A DNA stretch of 63,687 nt, counting the filler, from Octopus bimaculoides (taxonomy: Eukaryota), in assembly GCF_001194135.2 (NCBI RefSeq). It is 6 parts of 6 records of this genome, joined end to end, with 100 filler letters (N's around TTAATTAATTAA, not from the genome) between each part and the next. Parts side by side here need not be neighbours in the genome. Positions count along the whole stretch, not along the records: positions 1 to 10,840 come from NC_068993.1; positions 10,941 to 35,163 come from NC_068997.1; 4 more parts are not named here. One strand, 5' to 3'. The notes under the pieces are model-generated. The model saw only the letters and a list, made by a program, of their open reading frames with translations. It did not search any database and was not told the DNA's origin. The position numbers and the translations under genes were made by a program. Shown in pieces: positions 1-13,392 of this stretch. Every line of letters starts with the position of its first letter. Position 1 is the stretch's first letter.

Positions 1-39
<39 letters not shown>

Positions 40-461
40 ACAGAGAAGCAAATAAGCGCCTGTGGTTAGCATAGGTGGTGATATTCATGATGATTTGGGA
101 TAAACATTGGTTTAAATTAATCTAATTTAAATTAATTCATATTTATTACGTAACATAATTATGTAATTACAGAATTAATGATGCTTATTCCTAATGGAAC
201 AGCTGTTGAAATAAGTTAGATTATGATCTATTTGTGAAATCTTGCCTGTTCTGCATATTATTCTAAATATATGTTACTATTAAAGGATCGCTTTCGCCGA
301 TAATCTGTATACGAGAAAGCTCCATCTACTGGACTTACGGCGAAGCTATAACGTGTTGGTTTGTAACGACCCGTTTGTAAGTGATCCCTTAATTACTGTG
401 GGTATATAGTTGTTTTATGCTTTATACATTGTCTCTTTTTTTATTCTTTATTCTTTATTCT

Positions 462-645
462 TTTTCTTGCTTTAGTCATTTGAGTGCGCCAATGCTGAAA
501 CACCACCTTAATCGATCCGAGGATTTATTCTTTGTAAGCCTAGTACTTATTCTGTCGGTCTCTTTTGCTGAACTGCTAAGGTACGGGGACGTAAACACAC
601 CAACATCGATTGTCAAGCAATGGTCGGGGGCACAAACACACACAC
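462..645 (-). mobile_element. tRNA-derived SINE family A, 3' part
   Basis: Reverse complement matches the 3' half of the full copy at 11890-12276. Confidence 0.75.
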
Positions 646-750
646 ACTATCTCACGCACACACACACGCACACACAAATATACACAATATTTTATACAAA
701 CACACACACATCTATGATTTCCTCCTGACGATTTGTCAGGTTGCCAGGTG

Positions 751-785
<35 letters not shown>

Positions 786-2399
786 CAAAACAAAGATGCA
801 TGTATGACTGACTGACTGATGATTGACTGACAGTCGTACTAACTTACTAATTAAACCAAATAACCAACAAATTAGCGCAGTGACCCCTTACGGAGTCGCT
901 CGTATATATATATTCAGCTTCTCGACCTCCTCAATATAGCAGCTAACTCTCTCTAATCATTCCATATATTTCATATACAGCGTCTCAAAGAGTAACCAAG
1001 AAGGGAACATAAGATGATACAGACCTAGGTACACGTAGACAGACGGAATGGTCATTACAGGTGCCATTCATCAGACATTTTCCAGCGAGCTAAACATTAA
1101 CAACAACAACATGTGAAGTATTTCGCTTGAATCTTTTTCTGTTACTAATGCCGGCTTATCAGAAAAATATCAACAAATATACGACCGACCTCCGTCACCC
1201 CTATTCATGCACATTGTTACCCCGTTGCTCAGCAGTTTTGCTCCCACCGCGTGCCATGGTAGAGGGAACAGCAAGTATGCCGTCGACACGGATCACCGGT
1301 GTTACATGATTCGCTTATCTGATTAATCCGTCACATCGATAATACAATCGGTTCTACGTTGGAGGAGGCCATGTCCACTTACAGGTGAAAACACTGGAGA
1401 CAGATTACTGTTTCAGATTAGTAATTGTGTGTGGCAACTTGTATGTATATATGTGTATGCATGTGTATGTATATGAGCATGTATGTATGTATGTATGTAT
1501 GTATGTATGTATGTATGTATGTTTGTATGTATGTATATATGTGTGTGTATGTATGTATGTATGTATGTATTTGTGTACGTATGTATGTATTTATGTATGT
1601 TTGTATGTGTATGTATATGTGTATGTATGTATGTGTATGTATATGTTTATGTATGTATATATGAATGTATGTATGTGTGTATGTGTGTATGTGTGTTTGT
1701 ATGTATGTGTGTGTACGTACGTATGTATGTATTTCTGTATGTTTGTATGCGAATGTATATGTGTATGTATATGCGTATGTGTATGTGTGTACGTATGTAT
1801 GTATTTATGTNNNNNNNNNNNNNNNNNNNNNNNNNNNNNNNNNNNNNNNNNNNNNNNNNNNNNNNNNNNNNNNNNNNNNNNNNNNNNNNNNNNNNNNNNN
1901 NNNNNNNNNNNNNNNNNNNNNNNNNNNNNNNNNNNNNNNNNNNNNNNNNNNNNNNNNNNNNNNNNNNNNNNNNNNNNNNNNNNNNNNNNNNNNNNNNNNN
2001 NNNNNNNNNNNNNNNNNNNNNNNNNNNNNNNNNNNNNNNNNNNNNNNNNNNNNNNNNNNNNNNNNNNNNNNNNNNNNNNNNNNNNNNNNNNNNNNNNNNN
2101 NNNNNNNNNNNNNNNNNNNNNNNNNNNNNNNNNNNNNNNNNNNNNNNNNNNNNNNNNNNNNNNNNNNNNNNNNNNNNNNNNNNNNNNNNNNNNNNNNNNN
2201 NNNNNNNNNNNNNNNNNNNNNNNNNNNNNNNNNNNNNNNNNNNNNNNNNNNNNNNNNNNNNNNNNNNNNNNNNNNNNNNNNNNNNNNNNNNNNNNTTCAG
2301 TCCCTTCTTCGCCGTTTTCTTTCTTTTTTTCCCCCACAATGCTTGCAACCCCTTTTCATAATGTAACCTCGTGGGCATCGGTACCATTTTCCTCTTTCT

Positions 2400-2545
2400 C
2401 CGTTCTTCCATTCTCCGAACTTTCCATCTTTCCGACGAAGGGCTACGCCCGAAACGTCATACACTCTCTCTTTCCTTCCTGAGCGTCCAATAATACTATC
2501 CATATCACGTCCTCACTTTGTTGTTTTTTTGTTTCTTTGTTATTG
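2400..2545 (+). mobile_element. Penelope-like terminal-repeat fragment with hammerhead-like motif
   Basis: CCGACGAAGGGCTACGCCCGAAACGTC at 2432-2458; the same repeat occurs at 53110-53260. Confidence 0.55.
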
Positions 2546-2556
2546 TTTTTTTGAAC

Positions 2557-2590
<34 letters not shown>

Positions 2591-3226
2591 CATTTATATA
2601 CATGTATGTGCTAACGCTTCTGCCAGCTCGCCGCCTTGAACTCAACTAAATATTGAAAGATATTTCGTTTCAGCTAATTATACGGTTATCATGCTGCAGT
2701 CGCGATCATGTGATCGTTGTTTCAATTCCTGTGTTATGTTCCGTGGTACACCTTGGGTCTGTACAGGCAACGTCGACTCCATGGAGAAAGCGATCTAATA
2801 ATGTACAGTACCAACATTCCAACTCTAAAGACAAATCTTCTATGCTGGTCGTTTCGTAATTTCTGCTGCGTGATATTGTATCCAATTAAAAAATCTTTAT
2901 AATTCTTTACTGAAAATAAAAGGGGGAGGCGTATTTGTGAGAAGATACGTACATTGTGTCACGGCTAAATACTGCAGAAGGAGTCAATAAAACTAGATAT
3001 GTAGGCCATATAAAATCTACATTGGAGAACCGATAAAATCTGCTATGAAGGGCCTATATATGCATAAATATATCTGATACTCCGGATGAAATATGATAAT
3101 AAATATGGCGGTTATTTTATTACAAATGCTGTCATGTCTGCTCTTTGTATGTTTGCATTTAGTGGTCAGTTCCAACTGACACAAACGCTCACACAGAGGG
3201 ACAGTTTTAGTGGCCGTTATTCTGGC

Positions 3227-3260
<34 letters not shown>

Positions 3261-3408
3261 AATGATGTTGTCGTTATTGTTGTTGAGCTCTGGTGGTGTT
3301 ATTATTAACGTTGGTTAAGGCGGCGAGCAGATAGATAGATAGATAGATAGTTAGATAGATAGACAAGCAGCTAGCTAGATGGACAGACAGACAGATTGAT
3401 AGATAGAT

Positions 3409-3444
<36 letters not shown>

Positions 3445-4889
3445 GGATGGATAAATAAATAGATAGATAGATAGGTAAATAGAAAGGGAGATAGATAGAT
3501 AAATAGATTAATAGATAGACAGGTAGATAGATCGATAGATAGATAGATTGGTAGATAGACAGGTAGATAGGTTGATAGACAGAAAGACAGTTAGATAGAT
3601 ATTTCTATTTAGATGTAAAGACATAAGTATGCATGTACGTACGCACCAATATCGCAACTTTGTACGTACGCACGTGTAAATGTTTGGATGAATGATGTAT
3701 ATATGTATGTATGTATGTATGTATGGATGGATGAATGGATGGATGGATGGATGGATGTACGGAAACAGAAAATAAAGTGTCTGAAGAAAGAGAAATTAAT
3801 ATAGTTTAATAAAGTATAATAATAATAATAAAGAGAGAATGAAGGGGGGAATGGGTGAAGTATAAGAAATGTTGAGGAAGGAGGAAGAGAAACACATACA
3901 CAGACACACAAACACTTACACATATATACGTGTGTTTGTGTGTGAGTGTGTGTGTGTACATATATATATATGTGTGTGTATATATATGTATGTATATATA
4001 TGTGTATACATATATATAATATATATGTATATATATATAATATATATATATATAACATATATGTATATATATATGTATGTATATATATATATTGAGAGAG
4101 AGAAAAGGAAAGCCAAACGGGGTGGGGGAGAAAGAGAACGAGAGAAGAAGCTGAAAGAGAAAAGCGAAAGAGTGATGGAATGAAATGGTGGAAATTCAGT
4201 CGAAAGAAAATTATTGAATTGAAAGAAATCGTTGAAGAAAGAGAGACAGAAACGAGGAGAAAAAAGAACGAGACTGGAATGGAGAAAAATATTGCAAAAG
4301 AAAAAAAAAATAAGACAAAAGGGAAAGAAAAAGAAAGAAGAAATTGAAGGAATAAGAAGGAGTTAGCTAAACTTGAGAGAAAGAAGATGAGTAAGAAGAA
4401 ATGGAGAGCACATGGGGAAGAAGAGCAATATTTGAGTTGGTAGACTTCTGGACATACAAGTGCTAACTACACATAATCGAATTCGACTGTGGAAGTCGGA
4501 ATGTAAGACAACAAAATTAGCAATTATTTGTAGTAGAAAAATGGTTTTGATTCCCTTAACATTTTCTCCACACATGGAACTACTGGAATCTTCTTCTAAG
4601 TACATTATTCCATTTTGGCAAAAGAATTTGCTTCAGTTCGAAGATTCTGATTGGTTGATTCGTTTCGTTGAGGTTGCTTATCTTCAACTGGTGAATTTCG
4701 TATGAGTGTGTGTGTTTCTATATATGTATGTATATGTGTGTGTGTATGTATGTATGTATGTATGTATGTATGTATGTATGTATGTATATGTGTATGTGTG
4801 TATATATATGTGTATGTATGTATGTATGTATGTATGTGTACCTATTTATACACCCACCCACACATATAATACAATGGTCTGTTTCTTCC

Positions 4890-4925
<36 letters not shown>

Positions 4926-6390
4926 AATCAATATTTTAGCCTGTGCGGTGATTGAAAAAGAAAATATAAGTACACGAGAGTGTTTAAGTACAATATGTGT
5001 ATGCGTATAATATACATGTCTGTGTATATGTGTATACTCACACTCACACACGCATACACACAAATAGGAAATAAAAAATTAAAAAAAAACCCAGGACAAA
5101 AGCAACAAAAGTGAACTAGACGTACACAATGAATATATTAGATTGACGATCAGTGAAAGTTTTAGGTGGTAAAATAGGATTCGAAAAGACGTTTCGGGCT
5201 TGGCTCTTCATCAAAACGAGGTAAAAGAGGAAGGGGCAGAAAAATAATGTGTTTGTGCAAGTGTGTGTATGATAAAATACATTAAACAATATAGAACCGA
5301 ACGCAGTAATACAGTGTGTTCAAAAAGTCTCTCCACGGAGTTAGCCAGAACAGAACAAAGCCCACGAGAAGATTAAAGATGAACGAAGCGGGAACAACTA
5401 GGTGTGAAACAGCCTGAGCCTAGCCTGTTCCAAAGAGCAGAAATCTTTAAAATAGCAGTAGAAAAGTAAGAAGGAGGCTTAGTAAGACTGCTGGCTTGTA
5501 GGGCAGAGACTGGAACTGCCTGTTAGTGAGTTTATGCCAATCATTTATTACTATTGTCATTGCTGTGTATGAAGCGGTCTGCAATAGATTTGAACTTACG
5601 ACCTTCAGGCTCGTAGTCCGATTACATGATTTCAAGACTATAATTTACTCGTCCAATCAATATTATCATTTATTTGGTTACCTAGTTCATTGGTCTGTAG
5701 ACTAAAAGCTAGAAAGAAAGCCTGTGTGGTATATAGGAGGCGGTGCAGAGGCGCAACTGAGGACGGCCATTTAATAAAATGGCGAAAAAAAAACGTTGTT
5801 AAAGAAACTGTAAGGAAAACGTGAAACAAAATGGCTGACTTCTATGTTTGCAATCAACTTTACATACGATTTATTAACAGAAGAATATAAACATAAAACA
5901 ATGTCTAACACTTGTTTATTTGATTATTTACTGACAGCACTATTGTATATATGTAAATATTTCTATCTATGTGTTGGTGGGGTGTAGGTGGGTGGGTGTA
6001 TGTGTATGTGAGATTCTGAGCGCAAACATACATATATATATATGTGTGTGTGTATACGTATGCATGTATGTATCTATGTATGATTATGTATACATACTGT
6101 GAAAGAAATAGACATTATTACACACAGAAATGCAAAGGTAAACATACACGCATACAGACACACACTCACATACATACATAGATACATATACATACATATA
6201 AATAAATATATATATATACATATATGTATATACCTACATACACATACATACATATATATATATACATACACATACACATGTACATACATACATATACATA
6301 CATGTACATACATACGTGCACATATATACATACATGCATACATAAATACATACATACATACATACACACATACATATACGCATACATACG

Positions 6391-6440
<50 letters not shown>

Positions 6441-6861
6441 TATGAATACTTATAAGCACATATGTGTACATATATATATATTTTATATATATATATATTA
6501 TACATATATATATATCATACATATATATATTAAACACTCATACATATATATATATATATTAAGTATATATATGTGTATGTATATATGTATGTATGTATAT
6601 ATATGTATGTATGTAAACACACGCGCACGCATGTATACACTCACACATTAATATTCTAGTATGTGTGTATATGTTAGTTATAAACTAATATATACAACAA
6701 TATATACACGTGTTTATATATTTGGATAAATGTATACATACACAACAAACGGACTCATATTTATACACATACTAGCATAACCGCACAAAATAAACACACG
6801 TATTCATATACACACATATATAAGCACAGATACACATATATATATATATATACATATATAT

Positions 6862-6940
<79 letters not shown>

Positions 6941-7749
6941 TGTATATATGTCTATATTTATATGTATATATATGTCTGTGTAGTGTGTATATGTCTAATA
7001 ATCAAGTATATATATATGTATATGTATATCTGTGGGTATGTATATGTAATCACACAAATACATATACACGCACAGATATATAAACACATACACACGCACA
7101 TATGAGATTTATCTCTTGTAAAAGCATACATTGTTTGCTAATTCAATCAAAGATATAACGGTCCTTTACGTTATTGCAAGAGAAGTCTACGATTTGTTTG
7201 TTGCAGAATTGACTGACCAGTGTTATTTACCTCTTGCAGTGGTCACCTCATTTGTTTGATTCTAAGATTGTATGATTCTTGGAAAGCTTTGGAATGGTTA
7301 TTTAGTCTTCAATCTGACATTTTCTACCAATATTTACGTTGTTTGTGCCTGGCATTTTCTATGTCGTACGTATGTAGTCATAATGCGAGAAGTTGGCTCC
7401 GTTGAATCAGAGGTGAAAAGAGGTGGACACGAACTACGGTTTATTTGTATGTCTTTAGCGTGTGTATGTGTGTTTGTGCTTTCGCATGTATGTTTGTATC
7501 TTTGTATATCTATATGCATACATGCATGCATGCATGCATGTATGTATGTATGTATGTATGACTGCATGCCTGCATGCATGTATGTATGTATCTACGCATG
7601 TGTGTTGTATCTAAGTATGTGTGTATATATATGTTTCTATGTCCATATGTATGTATATAAACTGGTCCGGAAGATTTTTGATACCACCTCGTGCATACAT
7701 ACATACATACATACATACACACATACATAATACATATATAATACATACG

Positions 7750-7785
<36 letters not shown>

Positions 7786-8149
7786 TACATACATACATAC
7801 ATACATACATACATACATACATACGTACATAAATACATGCATACAGGCATTCATGCATATATACATACATATGCGTGTTTTTACCTGTATGTTTATATAT
7901 ATAGAATACGTTTGTGTGTGTTTATAAATGTAAATTTATGCTAACATATATAGTGTGACTCTGAGTTTCATACTTTACCGATTTTTCACGAAATTAAAGA
8001 AATGAACGAGACTTGTAGTTTATAACGAAAAATTAAACATGAATATAAAGCTTCTGAATATACAAATAGAATTTATAAAAGCTTTTAATATCGTTGGAAA
8101 TGTTGCAGAATGATACAATTCTGTCTGTTGTTCATTTACTAAGCTTTTC

Positions 8150-9250
8150 TATATTCGTCGATAAAATGGATGCTTTTCGCCCGTTAATAAAAGAAATGGA
8201 CGATTTGATTGCTTTAGAATGCTTATTCACACATTACATAACATAGCTGCTTTTAACGATGTAAGAATGGACAGTCCAGACTCTTCAGTAATTTTTGAAC
8301 TCGCTGCGATTTATATTTTGAACTTGTTAAACAATATATCTAGTAAGATTTTGATGTGGTCTTTATCGAGATGATGGATTACACAAAATATGGATGCCCT
8401 ACTAGATAGTTTAAGACCAGGTATAGATTCTTAATAAAGATTCTCAACAAAGATTAATAAATGATTCTTAACAAGAAGTATTTAAAGATTTTTACCTAGA
8501 GATTAATTTTGATACTGATTATAACATTAGATCTAAAATCAAATAATACTCACGCTGAAGACAAACGAACAGCTGCATTGAGTAAAGACTGTCTCAGATC
8601 ATCCGCCATTATTAATTTAAGATTCCGGTATTGAGCCTGTATTTAAAACAATTATTAATAATTTAGTGAAAAATCTTAGCATATGCTTATCAAGTGCTTC
8701 TCTTGATATATCTTCCGTTTATGAGGAAGCGTTTAACACAGAACAAGACTAAAATGTAAGATATTAACTGTAATCTCTGAGTTTAAGTCTTTAAAATGAT
8801 TCAAGTAAGATTTTCCTGCAGCTATCTCACCTGACATTTGATTTGACATCTGTGTAATCCATCCGTTTCGATATTGACCGCACATTAAATTATTAAGCAT
8901 ATTGTTTAACCAATCCAAAATATAAATCCACTAATTTCACAAATTTTTGAAGAGTTTAATTTGCGCATTTCTATATGGAAAAAATTTCAAAAATTAGTAT
9001 TTCTTTACCCATGATTCGTTATCAAATGTAAGTAATCATTTTACGTGAGTAAATATTCTATTATTCCAGTCACCGATTTAAATATTACTCTTCATAACCA
9101 AACATCTTGGCTTTTGAGAGATAAAATTAAATCATGCAAATTAGTTAAATTTATATCGATGTTTATTACTCATTTTTAGGTAAGAAGCGATTAGTTTATG
9201 ATTGAAGCGTTTCTGTTCTATAATTAACCTTCAGGTTAATATTGCCTGTG
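8150..9250 (+). mobile_element. Degraded Penelope-like element reverse transcriptase (Naiad-type motifs)
   Basis: MDSPDSSVIFELAAIYILNLL from 8267, GLYRDDGL at 8358-8381, DHPP at 8597, NILLFQSP at 9052, in the expected order with many stops and frameshifts. Confidence 0.7.
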
Positions 9251-9482
9251 GTAGTTTTATTCATTATACTGAATTCGTTTTTAGCTGGATTTATTAATCT
9301 GCATGATGGATAATTTGTAAAATTTCGTACGTGAGCCTTAAATGTAATGTAATGTTTACGTAAAGCTAAGCATTCAGCCTTTTATCCAATTCTGTCGCTA
9401 TTTCTTTGGCTTATAAATTCATGAAATTGAGAATAGTTTAGTTATAGTTGTATTATTATTTAAGAGCTTACGATCAACGTCT

Positions 9483-9547
9483 TTGAATGGTTCTTAAAAT
9501 TCCGTTGAATGGTTCTTAAAATTCCGTTGAATGGTTCTTAAAATTCC
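9483..9547. repeat. Three tandem 22-bp copies of TTGAATGGTTCTTAAAATTCCG
   Basis: Direct inspection; near-perfect copies. Confidence 0.95.
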
Positions 9548-9554
9548 TACGAAA

Positions 9555-9665
9555 GAATGAAAAGCAAAGTCGACCTTGGTGGAATTTCAACTCGGAACCA
9601 AAAGATGGACGAAATGTCGCTAAGCATTTTGCCAGTGGTGGTAATGGTTCTGCCAATTTCCCGTT
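9555..9665 (-). mobile_element. tRNA-derived SINE family B, 5' part
   Basis: Reverse complement of the head of the copy at 12523-12752. Confidence 0.7.
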
Positions 9666-10840
9666 TTAAATTATCAACTTATAAATATTAACGATTAAAA
9701 GCAGGATTTTAAATTTCCTTTTGTCTTAAGTTAAAAAATATAACAGAAAATTTAGGGGTGTAAATTCCCATTCAAAAAGTCACCAGGGGGTAGTGAATGG
9801 AACAAAAAAGAACAAAACAAAAAGACAAACAAACATTGAGAACACTCGGCTCAAGGCGTCCCCCGTTGGTTCGACTCCGTTTGGTGTTTCCTCTAAAGCT
9901 GATATTCTTTATACGCATGATTCTTATTTGGTTCTGTATCTCTTATGAAGGATCATATTCCTCTTCGCTTCGTTACTCATATTCCTTACTCCCAACTGTT
10001 TTTTATCTATCTAAATATCTTGCACTAAAAGAGCTCAATAATTCCTTGAAAATCTTCGTTAAATAATACTCTGCCATCGATCAAATTCTATAAAAGAAAG
10101 AAATCTGTATATTTAAAAAAAATATTTTATTTTTCCTGCTTCTTTTTTCTGTATTTATTTATTCATTTTTTTTTGTTGAAATCTTTGGCACGAATCAGAC
10201 CAATATTTTCTTACGACTATTGGGGGGAAGAAATAGAAAAGAAACAATACAATAAAAAAACAACAACCCAAATCGCTCTGCTATTTATCAATTCCACCAA
10301 AGAAAGAATCTATTTAGATATTTAGCCTATTTCAACATTTTTTTCTTGCCTCATTTACTCTCCACTTGTTATTTATCCAAATTTCTGGCACTAAGTAGAC
10401 TAGAATTTCTTGAAATGCTTCGAAATGAATCTCTTTCCGTTTACTAGTCCCGCACAAAAGTCTGTTTGGCCTATACAAGTTTACGTTCGGTTTACCCTCG
10501 CTTTATACCATCTATTTATCCAAGATGCAGTCATTATCTAAACCAATATCTTCAAACAGGTATCAGCATTTTAAATCCTTCTGCATTTATCCTCATCTCA
10601 CAGACTGGACAAGTATTCTTTATATTATTGTCGTTTTTCTTTCATCATTTTTCTTCGACTGCTTTTTTTTTTCTCCATTTATTTTTTTCTGTTTTTTTTT
10701 TGTTCTAATATGTATAGAGTTTTCTTTCTTTCTTCTGTGATTTATTTCGCTTCTTATTATTTTGTGTCCAGGTTTCAAAGAAAGAATTTTCATGGTTAAA
10801 CCCGTAAGTGTAGGAAATCGACAAAACTAAAAATACAAAA

Positions 10841-10940
10841 NNNNNNNNNNNNNNNNNNNNNNNNNNNNNNNNNNNNNNNNNNNNTTAATTAATTAANNNN
10901 NNNNNNNNNNNNNNNNNNNNNNNNNNNNNNNNNNNNNNNN
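10841..10940. other. Artificial scaffold join (44 N + TTAATTAATTAA + 44 N)
   Basis: Identical 100-bp construct also at 35164-35263, 44276-44375, 55833-55932 and 61727-61826; the spacer has stops in all six frames. Confidence 0.9.
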
Positions 10941-11213
10941 ACAGACACGTGTACCCTTAATGTATTTCTCGGGGATATTCAGCATGACCCAGTGTGACAA
11001 GGCTGACCCTTTGAATTACAGTCATAACAGAAACAGGAAGTAAGAGTAAGAGAAAGTTGTGGTGAAAGAGTACAGCAGGGTTCAGCACCATCCCCTGCTG
11101 GAGCCTCGTGAAGCTTTAGGTGTTTTTTCGCTCACAACGCCCAGTTTGGGAATCAAAACCGCGATCCTATGACCGTGAGTCCACTGCCCTAACCACTGGG
11201 CCATTGCGCCTCC
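10941..11213 (-). mobile_element. tRNA-derived SINE (family F)
   Basis: Minus-strand A box TGGCCCAGTGGTTAGG and degenerate B box; 3' part shared with the copy at about 39300-39590. Confidence 0.7.
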
Positions 11214-11726
11214 TCATATGTGTCTATGAGTCTTATGACAGGCCTTGAACAGTGGAAGCTGTTGTTTCAGCATTCTGATATTGCATCATTCACTCCACTC
11301 CGTTCTCAAAAAATCTCATTTCAAACCAATTTAAAAAAAAAACAAAATCCTTATTTTTGAATCAGAGGCAACATATAAAATTTTATTTTGATTGAACATT
11401 CATAGATGTAAAATGAATATAAACTTTCTAATTTCTGTAGCTGCTGAGATAAGACAATAGATAATAATCAAACAAGTAATCAATCAATTAAACATTCAAT
11501 CAAACAAATAAAACAATTCCCCCAAAAAAGCAAACAAAAAGAATCATAATAAATGAATAGCATCTCATTTGTTAATGTCTAATAATTTTAAACGAGGGCG
11601 GAGGGATAATGGGAGAGGTTAACAATATGTGAGGAAATATACATACATATATGTCTATATGTGTGTGAACATAGACAGGCATGCATACATATGCATGTAT
11701 ATGTCTATGTGTGCGTGTATATATAC

Positions 11727-11785
<59 letters not shown>

Positions 11786-11889
11786 TATTCTCATCTCTGC
11801 TTCTTCCTCCTTCCTTATCTATTTAATTAAAGACATACCAGCGAAAACCATGGGTTCCCCATTGTTATTATATCCATTTTCTTTTCCTA

Positions 11890-12276
11890 GGAGTGGCTGT
11901 GTGGTAAGTAGCTTGCTTACCAACCACATGGTTCTGAGTTCAGTCCCACTACGTGGCAACTTGGGCAAGTGTCTTCTACTATAGCCTCGGGCCAACCAAA
12001 GCCTTGTGAGTGGATTTGGTAGAAGGAAACTAAAAGAATCCCGTCGTATCTATGTATATATATGTATGTGTGTGTGTGTCTGTGTTTGTCCCCCCCAACC
12101 GATGCTGGTGTATTTACGTCCCCATAACTTAGTGGTTCAGCAAAAAGAAACCGATAGAATAAGTACTAGGCTTACAAAGAATGAGTCCTGGGGTTGATTT
12201 GCTCCACTAAAGGCGGTACCCCAGCATCGCCGCAGTCAAATGACTGAAACAAGTAAAAGAGTAAAAGAGTAAAAGA
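11890..12276 (+). mobile_element. Full-length tRNA-derived SINE family A
   Basis: A box TGGCTGTGTGG, B box AGTTCAGTCCC, internal (TA)/(TG) tract, (GTAAAAGA)n tail; many copies in the window. Confidence 0.9.
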
Positions 12277-12370
12277 GAGTATATATATATGCATATGTAT
12301 GTATGTATGTATATATATATTTATTTATTTATATAGATATATACATATAAGTACAGAGCTATAATATGCA

Positions 12371-12815
12371 GAGGTGTGGCTGTGTGGTAAGAAGCTTGCT
12401 TCTCAGCCACATGATTCCAGGTCCAGTCCCACTGCATGGTACCTTCAGCAGGTGTCTTCTACAATAGCCTCAGGCCTACCAAAGCCTTGTGAGTGGATTT
12501 GGTAGACAGAAACTGAAAGAAGGCAGCGAGCTGGCAGAAACGTTAGCACGCCGGGCAAAATGCTTAGTGGTATTTCATCTGCCATTACGTTCTGAGTTCA
12601 AATTCCGCCGAGGTCGATTTTGCCTTTCATCCTTTCGGGGTCGATAAATTAAGTACCAGTTACGCACTGGGGTCGATGTAATCGACTTAATCCCTTTGTC
12701 TGTCCTTGTTTGTCCCTTCTATGTTTAGCCCCCTGGGGGCAATAAAGAAATAAGAAACTGAAAGAAGCCTGTCGCATACACATATATGTGTGTGTGTGTG
12801 TGCATGTGTGTATGT

Positions 12816-12852
<37 letters not shown>

Positions 12853-13066
12853 TGTGTCTGTGTTTGTCCCCCCCCAACATCACTTGTCAACCGATGGTGG
12901 TGTGTTTATGTTCCCGTAACTTAGCAATTCGGCAAAAGAGACTGATAGAATAAGTACTAGGCTTCCAAAGAATAAGTCCTGGGGTCGATTTGCTTGACTA
13001 AAGGTGGTGCTCCAGCATGGCCGCAGTCAAATGACTGAAACAAGTAAAAGAGTAAAAGAGTAAAAA
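12371..13066 (+). mobile_element. SINE family A interrupted by a family B SINE
   Basis: A head 12371-12522; A body and tail resume at 12768-13066. Confidence 0.85.
12523..12752 (+). mobile_element. Full-length tRNA-derived SINE family B with 15-bp TSD
   Basis: AGAAACTGAAAGAAG at 12508-12522 and 12753-12767; B box GAGTTCAAATTCC. Confidence 0.9.
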
Positions 13067-13359
13067 AAATTCCTGCTAAAGCAGTCACAGAAGTTTGGTG
13101 CAGACTTCTGCCTGGCTGGCTCCTGTCAAACCATTCCACCCATGCCAACATAGAAGGCAGGCATGAAACAAATGATACACACTGTATAGTCCATGTGGTA
13201 AAGTGGTTGGTGTTATGAAGGGTATTCAGTCATAAAAACCATGCCAAAGTAGACATCGGTTCTTGATGCAGTCCTTCAACTCAACTGATTGTGTAAAACC
13301 ATTTAACCCCTGCCGGCATAAAACATGGACATTCAGTGATGGCGATATATATGCATGTG

Positions 13360-13392
<33 letters not shown>

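Noticed and set aside
1180-1390. GC-richer unique island with several splice-like sites
   Set aside because: No frame gave a recognisable peptide or a phase-compatible partner exon.
4467-4486. Strong minus-strand acceptor followed by EFDYV*
   Set aside because: Only 20 coding nt and no upstream exon to link.
5306-5330. TACAGTGTGTTCAAAAAG, a Tc1-like TIR start
   Set aside because: No matching inverted end found.
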